Assembly (NCBI GenBank): GCA_965248265.1
Contig: CBDFJF010000002.1
Location: 2,944,001-3,008,000, forward strand
Length of the DNA: 64,000 nucleotides
From: Candidatus Latescibacterota bacterium
GTDB lineage: Bacteria > Latescibacterota > UBA2968 > UBA8231
Direction: 5' to 3'
Under the pieces are notes generated by a model. The model was not told the DNA's origin and did no database searches. It was given only the letters and a program-made list of their open reading frames with translations. Below are positions 57,070 through 64,000 of the stretch, one piece after another. The translations under genes were made by a program, and so were the position numbers. Positions within the stretch are counted from its first letter, which is position 1. The number at the start of each line of letters is the position of its first letter.

Positions 57070-58329
57070 TTACACCACCCGAGCGCCCCCCTGAAACACG
57101 GCCACGACACGACTGAAGGCGGTGACGTCGGTGGTGGGGTCGCCGTCGAAGGCTACCAGGTCGGCTATTTTGCCGGGTTCGATGGTGCCGATTTGATCGG
57201 ACAGGCCTAGGGCTTCGGCGGATTGTTTGGTGGCTGACACCAGGGCTTCGGAGGGGGTGAAGCCGGACTGAACAAGCAATTGCAGGTCGTAATCCATGTG
57301 GCCGAAGGCCAGGGAGCCGGGGCCGGAGTCGGTGCCGGGGACGATGCGTTCCTTTAGGCAGTAGTCGAGCATTTTTCGCATGACGTCGAGTCTCGATTCG
57401 GCTCGTACCTCCAGGTGATTGAGTGCGTTCTCCTCCTGCTCCGTAGACGCCCCCTGGTCTCTTAGTTGGCGCAGTTTCACGATCGTGGGGTAGCTGGTCC
57501 AGGCTTGCAAGGTGGGGCTGAGCCAGATGCCGGATTCGGCCATCATCTCGGCGAGTTTGGGGTCAAAACGCATCTCGCCGTTGCCGACCAGGAATTCGCA
57601 GTGTTCCATGAGGTCGATGCCGGCTTCGATGGCCCGCTCCATCGAATCGCGAGCGCGGCAGTGGGCGGCGGTGGTCCGCTGCAGGTTATGGGACTCGCTT
57701 ACCAGGGCGCGCAGCTCCTCAGTGGAGTAGCTGGCCCGCCAGGGGATGGTGCCCTCCGTGCCTCCCCCTGAGGCCATCACCTTGATGTAGTCAGCCCCTT
57801 CGCTGACCAGCTTGCGGACCGAACGGCGGATCCCTTCTTCGCCGTCGGCCACCTCGTTACACATATGGAAGTGGCCACCCGTGCAGGTAATGGGGCGGCC
57901 GCTGACCATCATGCGAGGCCCAGCCAGATAGCCACGGCGCAGACCTTCCTTGAGGGTGAAGCCGACTCGGTTACGGGCACCGTGTTCGCGCAGGGTCGTA
58001 ACTCCGGACTTCAGGTGCTTGAGCATATTGTCGGCACCGATGCAGACCATCATCTCATCGGTATCTCGGAAGTATTCACGGTAAGGTCGGCCGTCGCCTG
58101 GCAAACCAAGATGGGTGTGACCGTCGATGAGTCCGGGGGTCAAGCAGGCGGTGTCGAGATCGATGATTGGAGTTCCGAGCGCCACCTGCTTCTCGATCTC
58201 CCCGGTGGCTCCGACTGCTGCGATCCGGCCTTCGTCCACGAGGACGGATTGGCCGCTCTTTGGGGCTGCCCCCGATCCATCTGCGAGCAGTCGAGCTTTC
58301 AACAGAAACGTCTGGTTGTTGGAGTCCAT
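57070..58329 (-). CDS. Amidohydrolase superfamily protein (Xaa-Pro dipeptidase-like)
   Basis: PGLIDGHTH, GVTT.R, TGGH, GAD.IK.MASGG, AAH, EH, GTD, G.IEPGK.ADLV..DGDP. Confidence 0.92.
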   Translation of the reverse strand: MDSNNQTFLLKARLLADGSGAAPKSGQSVLVDEGRIAAVGATGEIEKQVALGTPIIDLDTACLTPGLIDGHTHLGLPGDGRPYREYFRDTDEMMVCIGADNMLKHLKSGVTTLREHGARNRVGFTLKEGLRRGYLAGPRMMVSGRPITCTGGHFHMCNEVADGEEGIRRSVRKLVSEGADYIKVMASGGGTEGTIPWRASYSTEELRALVSESHNLQRTTAAHCRARDSMERAIEAGIDLMEHCEFLVGNGEMRFDPKLAEMMAESGIWLSPTLQAWTSYPTIVKLRQLRDQGASTEQEENALNHLEVRAESRLDVMRKMLDYCLKERIVPGTDSGPGSLAFGHMDYDLQLLVQSGFTPSEALVSATKQSAEALGLSDQIGTIEPGKIADLVAFDGDPTTDVTAFSRVVAVFQGGARVV

Positions 58330-58434
58330 GGTGACGGGTTCCTCCTGCTGCTTCGGGTGACGGACTGGTTGCTGATAATCACTACATTATGCCTCACGGA
58401 GTCCGTGTGCAATGAACGACACAGAGGGTATACC

Positions 58435-59619
58435 ATGGTAAACACTGAGATCTCAGAGCAGATCCGCGTTGCCATTGACCGGCAGCGCATTCTTGAGACC
58501 GCTATGGGTCTCATTGAGGTGCCGAGTCCGACGGGCAACGGGTGCGAGGTCGCCGACCGTCTGGCAGAAATGCTAAAGGATGACGGATTCCTGGTAGAGC
58601 GGCCGATTGGTGATTGGCCTACCGCGCCTGCCGTTGCCGTGCGGTTCGACAGTGGTAAACCGGGGCGCACCCTGCAGCTTTCAGGTCATCTGGATACCGT
58701 GCACCTGCCGTTCGTGCCGCCGCGAGAGGACGGCGTGAATCTCTACGGGTCGGGTTCGGCGGACATGAAGGGTGGAATCGCCATCAATGTTGAGACGCTG
58801 AGGGTTTTGCGAGAGACTGATCTGCTCGCGGAGGGATCGATCCTGCTTACCGCCTATGATTTACACGAGAGACCGTGGGGCGACGGGCATCAGTTGGAGG
58901 GGATCATTCGCGAAGGATTCGTCGGGGACGCGGCCCTGATCCCCGAGTACCTGTGTGACCGCATCGGAGTTGCCGGGCGAGGGCAAGCAGTCTTTGAGGT
59001 CGCAATCAGGCGCGAAGGGGAGAAGGTGCACGAAGTGTTACGGCCACCGGGTACGCCTGACGTGATCGGCGTTGGCGCTGAAGTCGTGCTCAGACTCAAG
59101 CAGCTGCAGCTTGCACTCGAGAAAAAGAAGCATCCACACGCCGGCACCGACTCAGTATTCGTCGGCACGCTGACTTCTGGAGAGATCTTCAACCAGGCAC
59201 CGACCGAATGCCGGTTGAGCGGCACCAGACGTTGGGTAACGCCAGGTGATGGCGAAGCGGCGATGCGCGAATTGGGTGATCTGATGGCTGAGGTCTCCGC
59301 ACAGACCAACACGACCATCGAGGTGAAGCCGCAGTTGTCGGGCGAAGCCTTCCGCCTCGATGAGGATGACCCACTGGTACATGCCTTCATGAATAGCTAC
59401 AGTACCGTGACTGATGGGGGCACCCTCGGGTTCGGCAGCAAGCCCTTCGTCGACGACGGCAATTCATTCTATTCGATGAAGGGGATTGCGGGTCTGACTC
59501 ATGGGCCGGCAGCCACCGGAGCCCATACACTAGATGAGAAGGTTCCCATCGACGAGTTGATTCGAGTCGTCCACACCTACGCGCTCACGGCAGTCGACTA
59601 CTGCCCTCACACCAAATGA
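58435..59619 (+). CDS. M20/M25/M40 family metallo-hydrolase
   Basis: GHLDTV, GSGSADMKGG, HE, PE, GAHT.DE. ATG 58435 follows a gaggg SD; the longer track ORF overlaps the opposite-strand gene. Confidence 0.88.
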   Translation: MVNTEISEQIRVAIDRQRILETAMGLIEVPSPTGNGCEVADRLAEMLKDDGFLVERPIGDWPTAPAVAVRFDSGKPGRTLQLSGHLDTVHLPFVPPREDGVNLYGSGSADMKGGIAINVETLRVLRETDLLAEGSILLTAYDLHERPWGDGHQLEGIIREGFVGDAALIPEYLCDRIGVAGRGQAVFEVAIRREGEKVHEVLRPPGTPDVIGVGAEVVLRLKQLQLALEKKKHPHAGTDSVFVGTLTSGEIFNQAPTECRLSGTRRWVTPGDGEAAMRELGDLMAEVSAQTNTTIEVKPQLSGEAFRLDEDDPLVHAFMNSYSTVTDGGTLGFGSKPFVDDGNSFYSMKGIAGLTHGPAATGAHTLDEKVPIDELIRVVHTYALTAVDYCPHTK

Positions 59620-59625
59620 ACAGAA

Positions 59626-61002
59626 ATGGACATGCAGATGAACGACCGGCACAAGCGCCTGCTCAAGCAAACATTCCTCGACTATCAGTCGACGGCCGAA
59701 TTCATGAGCAACCCGCTCATCGTTTCCCGAGCCGAAGGGCTCTACTACTGGGATGTTGAGGGCCGGCGCTACTTCGACGGTATCAGCGGCATCTACTCGG
59801 TCTTTCTCGGACACAAGCACCCGCGAGTAGAGGAAGCGATGCGGCGACAGTGGGAGAAGCTGAGTTTTGCTCCTCCCATGCACGGAACTTCCGATGTCAC
59901 CCTCGATTTTGTCGAGAAGGTGGCCAGCGTGACCCCTGAAAATCTGAACTTCGTGAAGTCGTTCAGCGGCGGCTCGGAGTCGATGGAGGCGGCGCTGAAA
60001 TTCTCGCGGCAGTACTTCAAACAGTCCGGTCACCCGAGCAAGTACAAGTTCATCAGCCGTTATCAGGCGTATCACGGGGCGAGCACTGGGGCGATGGCGG
60101 CCAGCGGCACCGGCGAGCGCAAGACGCCTTTCGCACCAGAGCCAGCCGGTTTTCTCAAGGTCTTTCCGCCGACACACTATCGTGATCGATTCGGCGATGA
60201 CTGGGATGAGTGCAATCGCTTCAGCGCCCAGCAATTCGAAGATGTCATGATCGCCGAAGACCCGGAAACCGTGGCGGCGGTCATCGTTGAGCCGGTGTCG
60301 AATACGGGTGGCGTGATCACGCCGACGGAGGAGTACTTTCAGATTATTCGGGATGCGTGCGACCGCCACAACGTCCTGCTCATCTACGATGAAATCATTA
60401 CCGGGTTCGGTCGCACTGGATCGATGTTCGCAGCCCAGACTTTCGGCGTCACCCCTGACATTATTTGCGGCAGCAAGGGGTTGTCTAGCGGCACCATCCC
60501 GCTGGGGGCGATGATGGCGCGTGAGGACATGGGGGAGTGCTTTTACGAGCGCGGTGAGAACTTCGCGCATGGACACACCTACGCCGGTCACCCGCTGGGT
60601 TGTGCAGTCGGCATCGCCGTGATCGATGAGATCGTCGAAAACAAGCTCGACGAGCACGCCCGCGAACTGGGAGACTACCTGGCCTCAAAGCTGGAGGGTT
60701 TGAAGAGTCTGGGGGTGGTGCGGGAAGTGAGAGGTAAGGGGTTGATTCGTGGTGTGGAGTTGGTGCGAGATACGAACAGGGGGATGGAGCCGTTCCCGGA
60801 ACTGGGCAGAGCACTGAAACGGACGGCTCTACAGAACTCGTTGATCATGCGCGTGGACCCCTGCTGGTTCGCGCTGGTGCCGGCACTGATCGCTCAGCGG
60901 GAGGACATTGACGAACTGGTCGATCTGGTCGAGCGCAGTTTGCTGGATGCGCTTGAAGTTGTTGGGGTGTCAGGCAGGGGGGCTGCCGCCGGAGGCGGCT
61001 GA
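59626..61002 (+). CDS. Class III PLP-dependent aminotransferase
   Basis: D..G.RY.D, GGSES.E.ALK, YHG, EPV...GG, DEIITGFGRTG, SKGL (PLP Lys), HGHTY.GHP. Confidence 0.94.
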   Translation: MDMQMNDRHKRLLKQTFLDYQSTAEFMSNPLIVSRAEGLYYWDVEGRRYFDGISGIYSVFLGHKHPRVEEAMRRQWEKLSFAPPMHGTSDVTLDFVEKVASVTPENLNFVKSFSGGSESMEAALKFSRQYFKQSGHPSKYKFISRYQAYHGASTGAMAASGTGERKTPFAPEPAGFLKVFPPTHYRDRFGDDWDECNRFSAQQFEDVMIAEDPETVAAVIVEPVSNTGGVITPTEEYFQIIRDACDRHNVLLIYDEIITGFGRTGSMFAAQTFGVTPDIICGSKGLSSGTIPLGAMMAREDMGECFYERGENFAHGHTYAGHPLGCAVGIAVIDEIVENKLDEHARELGDYLASKLEGLKSLGVVREVRGKGLIRGVELVRDTNRGMEPFPELGRALKRTALQNSLIMRVDPCWFALVPALIAQREDIDELVDLVERSLLDALEVVGVSGRGAAAGGG

Positions 61003-61012
61003 TCTCGCGGGT

Positions 61013-61333
61013 TCAGGCAACCACGTCGAAGGACGAGTCGGACGGTGACAGCGAGTGCTCTTCAGCCTCCGCTTCATCCTCTACCCGCTGCCGGCGGGGC
61101 CTGCGGCCGTGGCGGCCAGAGTCGGGATGGTCATCGACGCGGTTCTCGGGGCCATCAGGCTCCTCGGTCTGTCCGGCCCGACTATGGGCCAGCGTGCGCT
61201 GCTCGTCGAGTTCCGCCGTCAGGTGCTGCTGGCCGAGTTGGGAACTCGCCTGCATGATCTGCTGAGCACGCCCTGCTTCGACCGCTTTCGAAAAGCTGAC
61301 CTGCATGTCGACAGGCTTGACCATAACAACCAT
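61013..61333 (-). CDS. Small hypothetical protein
   Basis: KPVDMQV...Q-rich N-terminus and short terminal D-V-V motif. gagg SD upstream. Confidence 0.55.
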   Translation of the reverse strand: MVVMVKPVDMQVSFSKAVEAGRAQQIMQASSQLGQQHLTAELDEQRTLAHSRAGQTEEPDGPENRVDDHPDSGRHGRRPRRQRVEDEAEAEEHSLSPSDSSFDVVA

Positions 61334-61418
61334 TACCTCGGATTTGAATCACCTACATCGCCGTCGGTATCCTTAAGTATCTAAATTCAAGCGGCTCAGT
61401 CAAGTAGGATTCTTTACC

Positions 61419-62372
61419 TCAGCTCGCAGTCACTTCCTGCAGTTTCGCCAACAAGGCATCAACTGTATGGCGGAACTCGTCAATTTTCAATGGTTTACGA
61501 AGATACGCGTCAAATTGTCGGCCCTCCAGATCCGCTTCGGCTACGTACCCGGAAATAGCCAGAATCGGAAGGTCTGGTCTGCTTTCGCGCAACCGATCGA
61601 ACAACGTCAACCCGTCCATCTGCGGCATTTTGATGTCAGTGATGACGATGTCAGGTGGCGATTTCTGGAGCAATTCAAGAGCCTCTTCGCCACCACTGGC
61701 CTCGGTGATATCGAAATAGGGTAGCATCTCGCCCATCAAGCGACGGGCGACGGGTTCGTCATCCACGACGAGTACTCGCACCACCTTCTGATCGACCTCA
61801 CGTTCGATGACGGCCTCAGCCTTGTCTCGCGCCAGGCCCCCTTTCTCCTCCAGCAGTCCCAGGGCTACTTCGAGGCGTTCATTGAGAATTTTGATATGAG
61901 CCTCCGCCCGCAAGCTGTCCGTGAGGTGCACTCGCGTGCGGACGTTGTCCTCGAGAATCTTTCGAGCCAGGACCTCGATGATGTTGCGCAGCATGCGCAC
62001 CTGACCATCAGCATCCGCCTTGAGTATGGACTCCAGAGGGGCCTTCGTGACCACGAGGGTATTGCTGGAGGTCTCCGCCCTGACCGTTGCCCGGCGTTCA
62101 TGTTTCGTGAACATGGACATTTCGCCAACGGTTTGGACGGGCTCGATGGTGGCCACCGGGACGGCATCGTCAGTGACGACACTAAGGGATCCAGAAAGCA
62201 GGATGTACATCTCGTCGCCCGGAGTGTCGTTAGCGCAGACTACGTCCCCTTGTTGGTAAACGCGGGAGCTACACTGGCCCAGGATCTTGGCGATCGTGGA
62301 AGGAGAGAGCCCGCTGAAAAGCGGGATCTTCTTGATCGTTTGGATCAGTGCCTTTTTCTTGTCCGGGGACAC
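61419..62372 (-). CDS. Cyclic-nucleotide-binding domain plus response-regulator receiver protein; start approximate (GTG 62372)
   Basis: IPLFSGL...GDEMYI..SG...GEMS....RRATVRA (cNMP), coiled linker, VLVVDDE...TD.KMP.MDG...ISG...KP (REC). Confidence 0.88.
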   Translation of the reverse strand: MSPDKKKALIQTIKKIPLFSGLSPSTIAKILGQCSSRVYQQGDVVCANDTPGDEMYILLSGSLSVVTDDAVPVATIEPVQTVGEMSMFTKHERRATVRAETSSNTLVVTKAPLESILKADADGQVRMLRNIIEVLARKILEDNVRTRVHLTDSLRAEAHIKILNERLEVALGLLEEKGGLARDKAEAVIEREVDQKVVRVLVVDDEPVARRLMGEMLPYFDITEASGGEEALELLQKSPPDIVITDIKMPQMDGLTLFDRLRESRPDLPILAISGYVAEADLEGRQFDAYLRKPLKIDEFRHTVDALLAKLQEVTAS

Positions 62373-62633
62373 GATCGTACCGAAGTCCCGTGCGTCAGTC
62401 GCGGGAGCGAGAGAACATGTAAATGACGGCGGCAACCCCGATGAGATAGAGGACGTCCCACCCGAAGAAGTACGCTCCCCCAATGGCGATAATGCCCGCC
62501 ATGATCCATTTTTCTTTGCCGCTCGTAGCGTTAACTCCTTGTCAGGCCAGCGTGTATAGGAGGGCACCGATGAGCTGCCCCATGTAACTGCACCGGATAA
62601 TAACCAACACCATCTGCTCCTGCCACAGGCACT

Positions 62634-63206
62634 ATGACGGAGGTGCCAGGGATGCCTTTGCTTATGACTGACACAACAAACAAGCCCGGCTCGAGGCCCG
62701 ATAGAGAAGAATATTACATGGCAATCGCCATGGCCGTGCGCTCCAGGGCTGATTGCGTTGGCAACAGAGTCGGCGCAGTCCTCGTGCTCGACGACCGTAT
62801 CATCTCCACCGGATATAATGGCACACCCGCCAACATGACCAACTGCACGGACGGAGGATGTGAACGTTGCATGAACCGCGACAAGTACGCCTCCGGCACG
62901 TTCTACGATCTGTGCATCTGCGTCCACGCTGAGCAGAATGCCATCCTCGCCGCTGCTCGATTCGGGATCGCCACCGAAGGAGCCGTTCTCTACAGTACCA
63001 TGCAACCATGTTTCGGCTGCACCAAGGAACTTCTGCAGGCAGGCGTGCGCGCGGTCAACTATCTGCATGAATGGGTTTATCCAGAGCCTGAAATGCAGGC
63101 CAGCTATGCTATCTTGCAAAGTCAATTTGCGGATGGGGTGCGGGCCGTCGAGATCGACGACGACCAGGCAACATGGGCGATATCGAGCATGCGGGTTGAC
63201 AGTTGA
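62634..63206 (+). CDS. dCMP deaminase / ComEB family (true start may be 62664)
   Basis: RP...EYYM.IA, VGAV.V, STGYNG.P, HAEQNA, PCFGC. Confidence 0.92.
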   Translation: MTEVPGMPLLMTDTTNKPGSRPDREEYYMAIAMAVRSRADCVGNRVGAVLVLDDRIISTGYNGTPANMTNCTDGGCERCMNRDKYASGTFYDLCICVHAEQNAILAAARFGIATEGAVLYSTMQPCFGCTKELLQAGVRAVNYLHEWVYPEPEMQASYAILQSQFADGVRAVEIDDDQATWAISSMRVDS

Positions 63207-63238
63207 CGCCCTAACCAGCCTGGTTAGTTTCGACGCCC

Positions 63239-64000
63239 ATGCCTTTGCTCGACGCAGATCGCCTCAACGATATTTGCCGGCGGCTCTTCACTGCTGCCGG
63301 CGCCACGGCTGAAGAGGCGGAATGCCTCGCCGAGCGCCTGGTCGAAGCCAATCTCATGGGCCACGATTCCCACGGAGTGATTCGGGTACAACAGTACCTG
63401 GGTGCGATCGGACGAGGCGAGATCGCGCCTGGCGCGGAGCTCGAGATTGTCTCGGAAACGGATGCCTCAGCGGTCATCGACGGCAACTGGGGATTCGGTC
63501 AGGTGATCGCCGCGCGCGCCGCGCACATCGCCATGGAGAAGGCGCGTTCAGTCGGGTTGGCGGCCGTAACCATCCGCCGGTCCAACCATCTTGGCCGTCT
63601 CGGCAGTTATGTCGAGGATGTTGCCAGCCAGGGCATGATCGGCCTGCTGTTCTGCAACGCCCACGGGGCTGGAGTCGGCGTGGCGCCATGGGGGGGGCGT
63701 CGACCCAGAATAGGGACCAATCCAATTGCCTCCGCCGTGCCGATGGGACCAGAGGCGGATTCAGGGCATGGAAACCCGCAGATGATGGTCCTCGACATGA
63801 CCACCAGTATGGTCGCCGAGGGCAAGGTGCGGGTCGTGAAGAACAGGGGAGAGCAGACTCCTGAAGGTTGGATCCTCGATGCTGACGGTAAGTCAACGAC
63901 GGATCCGGATGCTTTCTACGGGCCTCCAGGGGGCAGCATTCTGCCGTTCGGCGGCAGATCCGGGCACAAAGGATACGGACTCGGCATCATCGTTGATCTG
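63239..64000 (+). CDS. Ldh_2 family (type 2 malate/L-lactate dehydrogenase-like) oxidoreductase, 3'-truncated; absent from the ORF track
   Basis: MPLLDADRL...EANLMGHDSHGV.R...NHLGRLG.Y...GTNPI...LDM.TS..AEGK...GHKGYGL. Confidence 0.92.
   Translation, partial: MPLLDADRLNDICRRLFTAAGATAEEAECLAERLVEANLMGHDSHGVIRVQQYLGAIGRGEIAPGAELEIVSETDASAVIDGNWGFGQVIAARAAHIAMEKARSVGLAAVTIRRSNHLGRLGSYVEDVASQGMIGLLFCNAHGAGVGVAPWGGRRPRIGTNPIASAVPMGPEADSGHGNPQMMVLDMTTSMVAEGKVRVVKNRGEQTPEGWILDADGKSTTDPDAFYGPPGGSILPFGGRSGHKGYGLGIIVDL

Noticed and set aside
56503-57116. Short ORFs crossing the palindromic element
   Set aside because: Arg/Pro/Gly-rich translations of GC-rich hairpins with no coding signal.
57865-58434. 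N-terminal extension of the 584-aa track ORF
   Set aside because: Antisense shadow of the amidohydrolase; the M20 domain starts at ATG 58435.
62373-63125. N-terminal extension of the 568-aa track ORF
   Set aside because: Antisense to the dCMP deaminase; recognisable domains begin near 62372.

Overview
GC-rich bacterial chromosomal window, densely coding and mostly housekeeping/catabolic, with no rRNA, tRNA, CRISPR array or prophage seen. Recognisable genes: serS, folD, an mmsA/iolA-type aldehyde dehydrogenase, a GH127-creatininase-methyltransferase-TIM-barrel-M14-SDR catabolic run, kbl-tdh, an NtrB/NtrC-type pair, a nurA/HAS-barrel/herA operon, rnhA, lpdA, CCA-adding enzyme, a sulfatase, fdhD, an NAD-linked formate dehydrogenase, a flippase plus TMTC-like TPR glycosyltransferase, hom-apgM-asd, M20 peptidases, an amidohydrolase, a class III aminotransferase, dCMP deaminase and a partial Ldh_2 oxidoreductase. 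One intact IS630 element uses a -1 frameshift. Signals not explained by the ORF track: (i) the two 'split' FDH ORFs are one selenoprotein (UGA plus an fdhF-like SECIS) that lacks the ligands of one Fe-S cluster; (ii) two adjacent uncharacterised paralogues share a C-terminal domain, one carrying 17 tandem 14-aa repeats, behind a sigma28-like promoter; (iii) two candidate promoter-to-terminator small RNAs (sigma54-like at about 44.2 kb, sigma28-like at about 1.0 kb); (iv) an identical 32-bp sequence just upstream of both tdh and kbl; (v) a 221-bp multi-hairpin element at 56.8 kb; (vi) a SerRS with atypical active-site motifs. All calls come from motif reading by eye; no searches were run.
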